From contig OY760142.1 of the NCBI GenBank assembly GCA_963663225.1, positions 2,304,001 through 2,368,000 on the forward strand: a DNA stretch of 64,000 nucleotides, given 5' to 3'. Source of the DNA: Nitrospirota bacterium. GTDB taxonomy: Bacteria > Nitrospirota > UBA9217. The position numbers and the translations under genes were made by a program. This document shows, one piece after another, positions 1 through 10,484 of the stretch (positions within the stretch are counted from its first letter, which is position 1; every line of letters begins with the position of its first letter). The notes beneath the pieces were generated by a model that saw only the letters and a list, made by a program, of their open reading frames with translations, did not search any database and was not told the DNA's origin.

Positions 1-329
1 GGAGAATCTGTGAGAAAGAAAGCGTGGTGTTTGGGGAGAGAACTGGCTGCCGGCAACCGCGACTGATGGTAGATTCGAATCAAATCTCCCGTCTGTCGCT
101 GTACTTCGATGCATTGTACCGTTCTCCATTCATGAGCAGCTTTTTCAGCCTGTCGAGAAAACACTCATTGCGGCATTGATCCTTGTAATCCATTCTTCGT
201 TGACCTGGCGGCAAAATCGATTTTTTTAAATGCAGTTTTCACCAACCATAATCCTGTGAGCCATCCGGATTGTCATTTTTCAATGATTTCTATATAATCA
301 TGACGCCAGCTGAATCCAAGGAGACTATA

Positions 330-653
330 ATGTTCAAAAAAAATGATGGTAGCGGATATAAAGCACCTCTTGAAAAAATAACCTTCAAGACTCTCGCGTA
401 TGGCGAAAAAACACTTCTTGCCGAATTCAGACTTGAAAAAGGGGCGGTTCTGCCAAGGCATAGCCATCCTCATGAACAGACAGGATACCTTGTGTCCGGC
501 AGGATACGTCTGACAATTGGTGAGGAAACATATGATGTTGTGCCGGGTGACAGCTGGAGCATTCCCGGCAACGTGGACCATAATGCAGTTGCCCATGAGA
601 ACTCCACTGCGGTAGAGGTGTTTTCCCCGATACGACAGGACTACATACCCTAG
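330..653 (+). CDS. Cupin domain protein
   Basis: Motifs PRHSHPHEQTGYLVSG and IPGNVDH; GGAG RBS before ATG 330 (the ORF track start at 270 looks over-extended). Confidence 0.85.
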   Translation: MFKKNDGSGYKAPLEKITFKTLAYGEKTLLAEFRLEKGAVLPRHSHPHEQTGYLVSGRIRLTIGEETYDVVPGDSWSIPGNVDHNAVAHENSTAVEVFSPIRQDYIP

Positions 654-761
654 AGCGGCAGGTGTACCGGATTTTCACACTGTTTTGGCAGTGATTAACG
701 CACCTTGCCGCATAGTGGTCGATAACAGCCTATATTGTTCTGCTAGAAGAGAGGTACGCAT

Positions 762-2111
762 ATGAAAGCAGCAGTCAAAGAAGGATTTTCGCGCATACAG
801 ATGATGTTTGCAGATTTTTTCGGACTTGGCCGTGCGGTAACAATAACCACTATAGTGTTTGTATGCTGTGTTGTATTTGGAGCTGTTTTCTGGTTCTTTT
901 ACTCAGCCCCTCCCCGTACTCTTACGATCACGAGCGGCCCGGACGGAAGTACGTTCCAAAGAAACGCCGCCCGATATGCCAAGATACTGGCGCGCAACGG
1001 TGTAAAATTGAACATTATTCCTTCTGAGGGTTCGCAGGAGAACCTGAAGAGATTGATTGATCCGAAGTTCAAGGTTGATATTGGGTTTGTCCAGGGAGGA
1101 GTTGCCAAGGGGGAAACTATCGACAAACTGGTGTCGCTCGGGAGCGTATTTTACGAGCCGCTTATGATTTTTTACCGCAGTCCCAGGCCGATAGAGCTGC
1201 TGTCACAGTTGAAGGGGAAACGGCTGGCCATCGGTCCCGAAGGCAGTGGAACGCGAACTTTGGCATTGGCACTGCTCGACCTGAACGGCATAAAACCCGG
1301 TGAAGGCACCGCGATGAATGAAGACGATTCAGATGACGCAGCAAAGGCCCTGCTCGCGGGCACGGTCGATGTCGTGTTCATGATGGGAGATTCCGCCTCG
1401 ACCCAGGTCATGCGCACGCTCATGCACACGCCGACGATCCATTTATATAGCTTTACCCAGGCGGATGGATATGTTCGTCGCATCAACTATCTGAGCAAAC
1501 TGGAACTTCCAAAAGGGTCCATCGATTTTGGAAAAAATATTCCCAGCCAGGACGTCTATCTGATCGGTCCTACGGCGGAGATTATTGCGCGGAATGATCT
1601 GCATCCCGCCTTGTCGGATTTGCTGCTGGAGGCCGCACGGGAGATACATGGCAGCGCGACCCTGCTCAGGCGCCAGGGCGAATTCCCAGCCCCGCTTGAA
1701 CACGAGTATCGGATAAGCGAGGACGCAAGCAGATTCTATAAATCAGGGAAGACCCTCCTTTACCGCTATCTTCCATTTCAATTGGCAAGTTTGGCCAACC
1801 GGTTTCTTCTGATATTCGTACCGATGGTAGTACTGCTGATTCCGGGATTAAAGATTATTCCCGCAATCTATCGATGGAGGATCAACCTCGGCATTTACCG
1901 CTGGTATCGAGCATTGCTCGCTCTGGAGAAAGACTTGCTCTCGAATATAAATCTTGAAAAACAAAAAGAGCTGGTTGAGCGGCTTGACCGTATTGAGCAG
2001 GCGGTCAATGCCATGAAAGTACCGGTTTCCTTTGCTGAACAGTTCTACGTCCTGCGAGGACATATAGACTTTGTCAGAAGCCGTCTCATGGCAAAAGCAG
2101 AGGCACGCTGA
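762..2111 (+). CDS. TAXI-family TRAP solute-binding protein, membrane-anchored variant
   Basis: SEGSQENL, DIGFVQGG and LAIGPEGSGT motifs; N- and C-terminal TM segments; GAGG RBS. Confidence 0.8.
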   Translation: MKAAVKEGFSRIQMMFADFFGLGRAVTITTIVFVCCVVFGAVFWFFYSAPPRTLTITSGPDGSTFQRNAARYAKILARNGVKLNIIPSEGSQENLKRLIDPKFKVDIGFVQGGVAKGETIDKLVSLGSVFYEPLMIFYRSPRPIELLSQLKGKRLAIGPEGSGTRTLALALLDLNGIKPGEGTAMNEDDSDDAAKALLAGTVDVVFMMGDSASTQVMRTLMHTPTIHLYSFTQADGYVRRINYLSKLELPKGSIDFGKNIPSQDVYLIGPTAEIIARNDLHPALSDLLLEAAREIHGSATLLRRQGEFPAPLEHEYRISEDASRFYKSGKTLLYRYLPFQLASLANRFLLIFVPMVVLLIPGLKIIPAIYRWRINLGIYRWYRALLALEKDLLSNINLEKQKELVERLDRIEQAVNAMKVPVSFAEQFYVLRGHIDFVRSRLMAKAEAR

Positions 2112-2150
2112 GACGCTTTTTACAGGGTATCGCCGTAAGGAAAAAAGGAT

Positions 2151-2501
2151 GTGAAAATGAAAAAGATATTGTCTGTCGTGATTTTTCTTGTGGCAATGCA
2201 GGGAAATATTTCCGCTTCGCCGGGCGGTTTTCCGGACAGGCCGTTCATGCTGGCAGAAGAGAGCACAGCCAAAGTCGAGCTGTATGTGACAGACTGGTGC
2301 CCGTACTGCCGGAGAGCGATACATTTTTTCCAAACGCGCAAAATTCCTGTCATTATATATGACATTGAAAAAGACAGGGACGCCGCCCGCAGAAAGAACG
2401 AACTAGACAGTCGGAGAGGGGTTCCATTTGCAATCATCAATGGGAAGGGGATCCACGGCTTTTCCGAAGAGGCTTATCAGAGAGCGCTAGGAAGCAGGTG
2501 A
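2151..2501 (+). CDS. Exported glutaredoxin-like (NrdH-type) redoxin
   Basis: Signal-peptide-like N-terminus, WCPYC active site, GVP motif. Confidence 0.85.
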   Translation: MKMKKILSVVIFLVAMQGNISASPGGFPDRPFMLAEESTAKVELYVTDWCPYCRRAIHFFQTRKIPVIIYDIEKDRDAARRKNELDSRRGVPFAIINGKGIHGFSEEAYQRALGSR

Positions 2502-2546
2502 ATTACGCTCATTCTCAGTTGCGATCATAAGAGATAAAAGACGGTT

Positions 2547-3452
2547 TTATGCAAAATACCGAAGATCTACCTTTTTCCGGCGGATAACGCTGTGATAGGT
2601 CTCGTCGGGATGGCCGAGAGCAATGACCGAATATATGGTTTCGTTCGCGGGGATGCCGAGTGACCGTTGAATGGCCGGGTCATTTTTCATGGCGGCAACG
2701 GCAAACCCGATCAGGCAGGAGCCAAGCCCCATGCTGTGTGCGGCCAGCAGAATATTCTGCGAGGCCAGAAGTGCGTCTTCTCCGGGGCAGCTTGCGCCGG
2801 GTTTTGAGCCCACGATAATGGCCGCTGTCGCACCATGAAAAAGCCTGTCCTTGCCGTCCTGCTCCCATTCCTCAAGCGCCTTTCGGACGGTTTCATAGTG
2901 GTCCCGGTAGTATGTTGCGAGTTCAGACTTTCCAATCAGTTTGAGAATGGTGCGAAGAACGGGGTTTGCCGCCTGGGCATTCAATGCTTTAAAATAATCA
3001 CCGATGCTGCGTGCAAAGGCGATGACGCCCTTTCTGTTCGGTACTATGGTGAATGTCCATTTTTGGCTGTTGGTTCCAGAGGGCGCGGTGACCCCGATCT
3101 TGACAAGATCTTCGAGAGCCGGTCTGTCCACCGGCTGGTCCGTGTAATTGCGGCAGGATCGCCGTGATGCCATAAACCGCTGCAAGTCAGCAGTGTTGAA
3201 CTTACCAAACGGGAGCCAGCGGCCGTCAGCGGTGAACGTCTGATATGTTCCCATTTCATCACTGAGCACGGGAATGTGTATGGCATGCTGAGGACAGGCA
3301 GCCTCGCAATGGCCGCATGCAAAAGAATCATTTTCGTTTTTTGCGGCCTTTCCATTTACCAGCGAAAGCGCCTGCCTCGGACAGACTTTGATGCAAATTC
3401 CGCATCCGGTGCAGCGATTTAGGTCTACTTCAACCTGTTTATTTTCCTTCAT
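2547..3452 (-). CDS. Nitroreductase with N-terminal 4Fe-4S ferredoxin domain
   Basis: CTGCGICIKVCP; second motif SFACGHCEAACP; RRSCRNY and APSGTNSQ nitroreductase motifs. Confidence 0.9.
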   Translation of the reverse strand: MKENKQVEVDLNRCTGCGICIKVCPRQALSLVNGKAAKNENDSFACGHCEAACPQHAIHIPVLSDEMGTYQTFTADGRWLPFGKFNTADLQRFMASRRSCRNYTDQPVDRPALEDLVKIGVTAPSGTNSQKWTFTIVPNRKGVIAFARSIGDYFKALNAQAANPVLRTILKLIGKSELATYYRDHYETVRKALEEWEQDGKDRLFHGATAAIIVGSKPGASCPGEDALLASQNILLAAHSMGLGSCLIGFAVAAMKNDPAIQRSLGIPANETIYSVIALGHPDETYHSVIRRKKVDLRYFA

Positions 3453-3470
3453 GAGTTGATCCCGGCAAAG

Positions 3471-6167
3471 TTATTTTGCCATATCCCGAAGTGTTTCCTC
3501 CAGTTCCTTCAGATGTTTTCCATATCCTGCCCAATCCTCCCTGCGGAGTGATTCCTTTGCCTTGCGCAGCTGCTCCATGGCTCTGGCTCCCAGTTCCCTG
3601 GGCTTTAGTGCGGCGGCAGGAGTCCCTTTTTCGATCATCCGTAGACTCGGTAGTGACCCGGTGAACAGCCGTTGAACGGATGCCTCAAGAGTATCTTCCA
3701 TCACGACGTCGTTGCCGTACGCAACAATGACTCTGCGGAGTTCGGGCAGCCCTCCTTTATCCGTGGCAACCAGGAACAACGGCTGGACATAGACGAGCGA
3801 GTCTTCAATGGGGATGATCAGGAGACTCCCCCGGATTACACCGGAGCCGCGCTGGCCCCAAAGTGTGAGTTGCTGCGAGATATATGCGTCCTGGTCGATG
3901 CGGGCGTCGATCTGGCGCGGCCCGAAAACCAGCCGGTCGCGCGGGAATGTATACACGATGACCTTGCCATAGTTATCACCATCGCATCGGGCCGCCATCC
4001 ACGCAGCGAGGTTGTCCCGTTTCGCCGGAGTAAAGGGCAGCAGGAGAATAAACTCTTCCGACTTTCCCCTGGGAAGCTTTGTGATGAGATAATAGGGGTC
4101 CATGGTTTTCTGGCGGTAGGCCGGAATTTCCCAAAGATCCTCCTTGTTATAGAACACCGTAGGATCGGTCATGTGGAAGGTCGAGAATATCCTTGCCTGA
4201 ATGCTGAGCAGAGCGCGGGGATACCGTATGTGGCGTCTTACGTCAGGCGGCATGTCGCCAAGCGGACGGAACAGGGTCGGAAACACGGAGGAATACGTTT
4301 TTATCAGGATGTCCTGTGGGTCCACGATATAAAAAGCAACGCTGCCGTCATAGGCATCCACAACCACCTTGACGGAGTTCCGGATATAATTGGTTCCTCT
4401 TCTGACCGGTTTTGAATACGGAAGGCTGCCGCTCTGCGTATACGCGTCGATAATCCAGAACAGCCTGCCGTCGTCACCCACGACCATGTACGGGTCTGGA
4501 TCATAGGACAGGAATGGTGCAATGGCAGACACCCGGTTCAGGATCGTGCGGTAGTACAGTATTTTGCTTTCGTTTGTTATATCGCTTGAAAGAACGATTT
4601 TGAAATTGCCGAAATAGGCTGCATAGAGAAGCCGCATCAGGGTTGACGACAGCCGCACGCCTCCGCGCCCTGCATACTCGGTGTAAACGCTCTCCGTGGC
4701 CGTTGGATAGTTGAATTCCTTTGTTTTCGTGTTTACGATCACATAGTCATTCGGGCTTTCTCCATAATAGATTTCCGGACGCGTCACTTTCGGACCGGAA
4801 CTCGTAACGGGAGGGATGTCCTTGACAAGGAATTCCGGAAGCCCTTCTTTGGTGATGCCGCTTACCGGTCCCATGGCAATCCCGAAACCATGCGTAAAGA
4901 CGAGCCGTTCGTTGATCCAGGATTTGCCCGGCAGGTCCGCGTAGGACAGCTCCCTTGGCGACAGCATCACCTGAACATAATTACCGTTCACGGTGTAGCG
5001 GTCATTATCCACATCGTTAAAATGGTAATACGTGCGTATTTGTTGCAACTGACTGTATGTCTTCAAGAGAGGTTCTTCATCCCAGAGCCTGATGTTTTGA
5101 ATTGTGGAGATATTGCGCCGTATGTCTGTTATGGTCAGTTGTTTACTTGCGGTGAACGGGTGCAATTCCATATTTTCAAGGCCATAGCCAAGGCGGGTGA
5201 AGCGGATATGATTGGCAAGAAACGGCTGCTCGAGCACGCTTTCATTCGGAGAGACCTTGAAGTTCTGGACCAGCGTAGGATATAATTTCAGTCCGAGTAC
5301 GTACGCGCCCGCAAGCACGACGATCGCCAGGAGCGGCACGGCAAGGGACCGGTGTGTGGCAAAAAAAGAAACAACCACGGCGGCGGCGACAGCGAGAGCG
5401 GCCAGGGCCGAAAGCGTCACGAGACGCGCGTGCACGTCGGTGTAAGAAGCCCCATACAGGACGCCATGTTCGGTATTCATCAGGCCATACCGGTCGAGGG
5501 AGAAGGTTATTGCGAGGCTAAGCAGAAACAGCGATACGAGGACGCCGAGGTGGCGCTTTACGAATGGATCAACGGAGAAAAACCGGCCCAGCAGCACGAC
5601 GCCGCCCCGGACTACATAAATGGCAGCGGTAAGGGCAGTCGTGATTATGAGTATGCTGCGTGTCAGCGTGTTTATGGCATCGAGAAAAGGATACTGAAAC
5701 AGGAAAAAGGAGATGTCTTTCCCAAAAAGGGGATCGGCAAGTCCTGCAGGAGCACTGTTGAGAAAGAGCAGTGTTTGCTCCCAGTATCGTGTGCCGACGG
5801 GAAAAGCAAGCAGAAACGCAAGGAGCGCAACAAGAAACGACAAGCCTCCGATAAGCCGGTTGAGATCGAGTTGCTGCAGTTGCGGCACGCTTTCCAGCAG
5901 AGGGCTCATGCCGCTGAGCGGGAACGCTCGTTTTCCGGCGATAAAAAGATTAATCAAAACCACAAGGAAGACAAACACGCCGAAGGCAAGCCCGCACAGC
6001 ACCTTGGTGAGGAGCGTCTTCGCAAAAACAGCTTGGTACCCTGTTTCCCCGAAAAACTGCCAGTCCGCCACAAACGAGAGGAATTCTCGCGCTCCGGCAA
6101 CAAGGATGAGTACTCCGGCAATAGTAATAATGATAGTCCAGTTTTTCGGCAACTTTTTAGCCATCAC
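3471..6167 (-). CDS. UPF0182 family membrane protein
   Basis: 898 aa; DPLFGKDISFFLF, GASYTDVHA, NIRLWD and NYIRNSVKVVVDAYDG motifs. Confidence 0.92.
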   Translation of the reverse strand: MMAKKLPKNWTIIITIAGVLILVAGAREFLSFVADWQFFGETGYQAVFAKTLLTKVLCGLAFGVFVFLVVLINLFIAGKRAFPLSGMSPLLESVPQLQQLDLNRLIGGLSFLVALLAFLLAFPVGTRYWEQTLLFLNSAPAGLADPLFGKDISFFLFQYPFLDAINTLTRSILIITTALTAAIYVVRGGVVLLGRFFSVDPFVKRHLGVLVSLFLLSLAITFSLDRYGLMNTEHGVLYGASYTDVHARLVTLSALAALAVAAAVVVSFFATHRSLAVPLLAIVVLAGAYVLGLKLYPTLVQNFKVSPNESVLEQPFLANHIRFTRLGYGLENMELHPFTASKQLTITDIRRNISTIQNIRLWDEEPLLKTYSQLQQIRTYYHFNDVDNDRYTVNGNYVQVMLSPRELSYADLPGKSWINERLVFTHGFGIAMGPVSGITKEGLPEFLVKDIPPVTSSGPKVTRPEIYYGESPNDYVIVNTKTKEFNYPTATESVYTEYAGRGGVRLSSTLMRLLYAAYFGNFKIVLSSDITNESKILYYRTILNRVSAIAPFLSYDPDPYMVVGDDGRLFWIIDAYTQSGSLPYSKPVRRGTNYIRNSVKVVVDAYDGSVAFYIVDPQDILIKTYSSVFPTLFRPLGDMPPDVRRHIRYPRALLSIQARIFSTFHMTDPTVFYNKEDLWEIPAYRQKTMDPYYLITKLPRGKSEEFILLLPFTPAKRDNLAAWMAARCDGDNYGKVIVYTFPRDRLVFGPRQIDARIDQDAYISQQLTLWGQRGSGVIRGSLLIIPIEDSLVYVQPLFLVATDKGGLPELRRVIVAYGNDVVMEDTLEASVQRLFTGSLPSLRMIEKGTPAAALKPRELGARAMEQLRKAKESLRREDWAGYGKHLKELEETLRDMAK

Positions 6168-6314
6168 ATCCTCCTGTGCGGCAGGTCATCATTGCAGGGC
6201 AGCCGGTCTTGAAACATCAGCAGTGAATCAGCATGCCTCTGTTTCAGGATAATATAGACGGCAAAGCTGCAATGACGAACGCAGGGTGCTTTAGGGAAGT
6301 TATTTTATAAGAAA

Positions 6315-7016
6315 TCAGCCGTTGTTTTTCACTGCTTTATTCTGATAGGCAAATACGCTTTTAAATACTTCATCAACGTTTATCAGTTCGCCGATCGTGG
6401 CCCCTGCCTTGATTTTTTCCTGGATAATATGCTCGGTATCCAGGAGGTGTTTCGCTTTTTCCAGGACCGCTTCAGACTCCTGTTTCGGGACCACAACTAC
6501 TCCATTTGCGTCAACAACGATTATATCTCCCGGGTTCACTGCCGCGCCGGCACATTGTATTAAAACGTTGACCTGGCCATATCCCGAAATGGATCCAACG
6601 TTGGGAACAATGCCTTTACAGACAACGGGAAATTTGAGCTTTCTGATTTCCTCTACGTCGCGGCAGGCGCCGTCGATTATTGCTGCAATTGCTCCTCTGT
6701 TGATTGCCGACATCGTCATGTTCTCACCCCAGAAAGCGGTGTTCACCGAACCGTGGGAGTCGATGACGACGATATCGCCCGGCTCGCAGAGGTCGATGGC
6801 TTTGAATGCAGCGGCCAAATCCGATGCCAGCGTTTTTACGGTTATCGCGGTGCCTACCAGCCGGATGCCCTCAAAGAGCGGTTTCATATCGGATGTCATG
6901 GTGTTAAACCTGCCCATGCAGTCGGAGATAGAGCATGTTATTGAGTCGTACGCGAGCAATTTCCTAAAACCATCGACAACCGATTTTGCAGGGCGGTCTA
7001 TTTTTTGAACGATCAT
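6315..7016 (-). CDS. RraA family / HMG aldolase-like protein
   Basis: GDIVVID, AFWGE, IIDGACRD and VNPGDIIVVDANGVVVVP; start MIVQK after GGAG. Confidence 0.88.
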   Translation of the reverse strand: MIVQKIDRPAKSVVDGFRKLLAYDSITCSISDCMGRFNTMTSDMKPLFEGIRLVGTAITVKTLASDLAAAFKAIDLCEPGDIVVIDSHGSVNTAFWGENMTMSAINRGAIAAIIDGACRDVEEIRKLKFPVVCKGIVPNVGSISGYGQVNVLIQCAGAAVNPGDIIVVDANGVVVVPKQESEAVLEKAKHLLDTEHIIQEKIKAGATIGELINVDEVFKSVFAYQNKAVKNNG

Positions 7017-7099
7017 ACTGTTTTCTCCAATTCCTTTTGTGCGGTCTCTCTGTCTATAAAATTCGACAGGGGTGCTTATGTATTTAAGCGGAGACGGTG

Positions 7100-7396
7100 T
7101 TATTCGGGTTTTTGAAATTTTTGTTTCGCCTCGTTTATCGCTTTTTTCAGGTCCGACCAGGCAGTTTCCGCGCCTGCCTTCATGATGTCCCATGCTTCGC
7201 TGCTTGTTTCTGTCAATTCCTGCAGCTTGTGCATGGCTGCATCCCGCTGTTCCTTGAGTTCCTTGATCTGTTCGCTATACTTGATTTTAACATCCTCTTT
7301 TGCAGTATGGGCCTTGACTTCCAGCTCATCGATTTTGGCAGACCATTCTTTAAGTTGGGCAGCCAGTTTGTCGATGTATTCTTCTCTGTTTTTCAT
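7100..7396 (-). CDS. Small coiled-coil protein (stress-response-like)
   Basis: Charged heptad sequence YIDKLAAQLKEWSAKIDEL...AWSDLK; GGAGG RBS. Confidence 0.8.
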   Translation of the reverse strand: MKNREEYIDKLAAQLKEWSAKIDELEVKAHTAKEDVKIKYSEQIKELKEQRDAAMHKLQELTETSSEAWDIMKAGAETAWSDLKKAINEAKQKFQKPE

Positions 7397-7462
7397 GATC
7401 TTCCTCCTTGCTTGCGGTGTTTTCTGTACGGAACGTGCGGATGGAAAGACGTAATTTTTGAA

Positions 7463-7490
7463 AGTATAACATTTTAGGGGGGCATGTCAA
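7463..7490 (-). promoter_or_regulatory. Sigma70-type promoter for the coiled-coil gene
   Basis: Minus strand TTGACA-16 nt-TATACT with a TG extension. Confidence 0.55.
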
Positions 7491-7620
7491 GGTGGCCTGT
7501 GAGGACTTTCATGATCTTGTTTCAAGTACCCCATTTGTGATATAGTATCATATCTTGAGTAAACGGACTGGTTGCTTTCCGTCTTATAAACACTAAACCT
7601 TCCCGGCTGGAGGTCGCATC

Positions 7621-7956
7621 ATGCTTCACACAATGACGACAACCGCATTTACCCTGGACGGCTACCGCATTATAAAGAATCTGGGGTTGGTCAGGGGCAT
7701 TACGGTCCGGTCGCGATCAATTTTCGGCACTATCGGAGCTTCTTTGCAGACATTAATCGGCGGCAATATCTCTTTGTTCACGGGTTTGTGCGAAAAAACC
7801 AGAGAAGACGCGTTTGCCATGATGGTCAAACATGCCCAGGAATTGGGAGCAAATGCTGTAATCGGCATACGGTACGATGCAACCGATGTGATGCAGGGTG
7901 TCTCGGAAGTTTTGTGTTACGGCACCGCTGTGGTTGTGGAGCAAATAAGGGACTAA
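7621..7956 (+). CDS. YbjQ/UPF0145 family protein
   Basis: GLVRGITVRSRS, AQELGANAVIGIRYD and YGTAV; GGAGG RBS. Confidence 0.92.
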   Translation: MLHTMTTTAFTLDGYRIIKNLGLVRGITVRSRSIFGTIGASLQTLIGGNISLFTGLCEKTREDAFAMMVKHAQELGANAVIGIRYDATDVMQGVSEVLCYGTAVVVEQIRD

Positions 7957-8062
7957 AACGGTGTGTAGAAAAGACTTCTGATCGCGCCCATCGCGGCGTT
8001 TTGAGCATAGTGCCTCAGTCTTTGACGATGGCTATGATGACGCATACGAGGTGCATCATACT

Positions 8063-8737
8063 ATGAGAAAAATATTGATCGCAGAAGGTCTGGCAAGTTT
8101 GTTTCCAGAGAGAAACGCGTTTCGAATCCGTTCGGATATTCAAGTGTTCACCGCGGCTACGAACGATGATGTATTGAGCATTCATCGGGCCGAAAAAACC
8201 GACCTTATTATTACCCAACTCGAGCAGCCCGGACAGATGTCGACAGAGGATCTTTTTTATCATATTCGGAACAGCAGCGACCTGCGCGATGTTTCCACTA
8301 TCCTCATCTGCAGGGACACGCTCGCCCACCGGGAGCGATGCAAACGGTGCTGCGCGAATGCGGTCTTTACCATGCCGGTTGATGCAACGCTTCTGGAACT
8401 GAAAGTGCAGCAGTTTTTGAATGTCGCTCCAAGAAAATCGTATCGCGCCGTTCTTGCCGTGGCCATAGAAGGCAGATTCCAAAACAAGCCTCAGCCGTTC
8501 TGGACTGAAAATATCAGTACGAGCGGAATGCTTATCCGGACAAGAGAGCCTCTTTCAAAAGGTGCGGGGACCTTTTTCTCATTTTTCCTGCCGAATGGAA
8601 CGCATGTCAGCGGATATGGTGAAATCATGAGGGTTGTCCAGCCTGAAAGAGAGCCTGATAGTTTCCTGTACGGAATAAAGTTTACGGACATCGAGCCTGG
8701 AACAAAAACCGAAATTGAGGCAGTAGTCAACGGATAG
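8063..8737 (+). CDS. Receiver-like domain fused to a PilZ domain
   Basis: REC-fold pattern with degenerate active site; PilZ RxxxR (RKSYR) and NxSxxG (NISTSG). Confidence 0.8.
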   Translation: MRKILIAEGLASLFPERNAFRIRSDIQVFTAATNDDVLSIHRAEKTDLIITQLEQPGQMSTEDLFYHIRNSSDLRDVSTILICRDTLAHRERCKRCCANAVFTMPVDATLLELKVQQFLNVAPRKSYRAVLAVAIEGRFQNKPQPFWTENISTSGMLIRTREPLSKGAGTFFSFFLPNGTHVSGYGEIMRVVQPEREPDSFLYGIKFTDIEPGTKTEIEAVVNG

Positions 8738-8846
8738 CGCCGCTTTTTTATTGAACTATCTGTTTTATCTATGTTTTTTCTTTCCCCCTGCCTGCTCTTA
8801 TCTGAGTTTCTCAATTGGTTGGCAGCCAAAATATTGAATTATCTGC

Positions 8847-8876
8847 TTGACAATACGTATTAATTCCCTATACAAT
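8847..8876 (+). promoter_or_regulatory. Sigma70-type promoter
   Basis: TTGACA-18 nt-TACAAT upstream of the HTH gene. Confidence 0.5.
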
Positions 8877-9151
8877 CAGGAACCATCAGTAAATGCAGTG
8901 CTTTTCATTTGACACGACAGGCCTTTAGGTTTTCCAATATCTGGCATCAGATTTTGTGCTTTACCGAAGTGCACCGTGTATCTTTTCAACACGCGTCTAA
9001 CAATCAGCAATTTAATTTAATACTATAAAGATCATGCTGCCTGGCAATATGTTTTTGCCGTGCGGTGTCAGCGCGACTGTGCCGTAGCTGGACAACTCTT
9101 CCGTGCGCGCCATCCATGGGATAACTTTAACGGTGAAGTTGGAGGGCAATA

Positions 9152-9433
9152 ATGCGCGAAATAGGCAATATACTTCGGGAAAACAGAATTGTCCGTGGTT
9201 TTGATATTAATGACATTACCCGCATGACCAGAATCAGCGGGTATTACATCAAGTCAATGGAGGAAGGAAAGTTTCATGTTATTCCAAAGGTATATGACAG
9301 GGGCTATTTGAAGATATATGCTGATACCCTTGGAATCGACACGAAGTCATTACTGGATTTATATGAGAGAAAGCAGCGGGAGCCTTATTTGAACCAAACT
9401 GCCGGCTTGGCTTATACAGACACGAGCTTATAA
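9152..9433 (+). CDS. Helix-turn-helix protein resembling the RodZ N-terminal domain
   Basis: IGNILRENR...TRIS...MEEG...RGYLKIYADTLGID; GGAGG RBS. Confidence 0.8.
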   Translation: MREIGNILRENRIVRGFDINDITRMTRISGYYIKSMEEGKFHVIPKVYDRGYLKIYADTLGIDTKSLLDLYERKQREPYLNQTAGLAYTDTSL

Positions 9434-9482
9434 ACACTGCATACGTTATATTCTTTCATAACAGCAGGTGTAGTTCTTTTAT

Positions 9483-9519
9483 AAACAAAAAGGGGGGCGA
9501 ATCGCCCCCCTTTTTGTTT
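9483..9519. terminator. Bidirectional intrinsic terminator
   Basis: AAACAAAAAGGGGGGCGA/TCGCCCCCCTTTTTGTTT inverted repeat between convergent genes. Confidence 0.85.
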
Positions 9520-9539
9520 GATATACTGCACGACAGCGT

Positions 9540-10484
9540 CTAGACTTGATTTATCGCTGAAAGTTTCCAGGGATTGTCTCCCACTAGCCGGGTAAAGGTC
9601 CAGCATTCCTCAAATTTTACCGGCTCCGTTTTACTTCCGGCGACGACAGCACCTGTTGTTTCATCAATAGTGTAATCAAGGAGATTGGCAGTAAAAATGA
9701 CTCTGATGTAATCCTGCCCCGATTCCTGCCAAACTTCAATAATTTCCGTTTTTCGCACCGCAATGTTCTCAAGACGGTTGATTTTCTTTCCTTGCAGCAA
9801 ACCGGAAATATCCTGCTGAAAGAGATCTTTCATTTCAGTCGTCAGCAGATTGTTTACAGCCGAAAGATCCCTGTTCCCCCAGGCGCCCTGAATCTTAAAG
9901 AAGATGTCCATCGCCGTGTCTTTGAAACGGGTTTCGTCAAAGGAAGGGTCCATCTGGCGGACATACGCCATTCCTTCCATAGTTGTTGGGATTGCGGCTG
10001 CCTGCATCTGAACGCCTCTGCCGTACGATGGGGATTCTTCCGCAGGAACATTCGGGTGCGAACCACTTCCCTGATACGCAAGGGCGGATTCTCTTTTTTT
10101 CCTCATAATCATCGTGAAAACAAAATACCCGAGAGCGCCCAGCAGGAGTATTTCCAAAAGACCAAAGCCGCTTCCGCCCATGCCGCCGAAGCCGAACAGG
10201 CTGCCGAGCAGCATTCCACCGAGCATTCCACCAAGCAGTCCTCCACCCATGCTTCTTAAAAAGCCTCCGCCTGCAGGCTGTGCAGGCGCCGGTGCTGTTG
10301 ACGGCTGGCTTGGAGTGGCCGGATTGGAAGTCGAACGGCTTGGCGGGGAATAGCTTCTTGACCCGCTGCTGCCGGAGGACCTTCCTCCGCCTGCCCGTGC
10401 ATATGCATCGTATTCAAAGGTCACACCACACAAAAACAGCATTACCAGGAGCAAAGAAAAAACCTTCAGCATATTTTTTTTCAT
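9540..10484 (-). CDS. Tim44 domain-containing protein
   Basis: Signal peptide, ARAGGGRSSG, Gly-rich segment, TM helix, DPSFD...IQGAW...FEECWTFTR...WKLSAINQ. Confidence 0.9.
   Translation of the reverse strand: MKKNMLKVFSLLLVMLFLCGVTFEYDAYARAGGGRSSGSSGSRSYSPPSRSTSNPATPSQPSTAPAPAQPAGGGFLRSMGGGLLGGMLGGMLLGSLFGFGGMGGSGFGLLEILLLGALGYFVFTMIMRKKRESALAYQGSGSHPNVPAEESPSYGRGVQMQAAAIPTTMEGMAYVRQMDPSFDETRFKDTAMDIFFKIQGAWGNRDLSAVNNLLTTEMKDLFQQDISGLLQGKKINRLENIAVRKTEIIEVWQESGQDYIRVIFTANLLDYTIDETTGAVVAGSKTEPVKFEECWTFTRLVGDNPWKLSAINQV

Noticed and set aside
80-193. 37-aa minus-strand ORF MDYKDQCRNECFLDRLKK... ending in TGA
   Set aside because: No RBS or recognisable family; no Cys-motif context or SECIS-like hairpin to suggest readthrough
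3672-6252. Long plus-strand ORFs (247, 286 and 179 aa) in the ORF track
   Set aside because: Antisense shadows of the UPF0182 gene, with no motifs
8880-9150. Long leader before the HTH gene as a possible riboswitch
   Set aside because: Only short hairpins, no recognisable aptamer and no leader terminator
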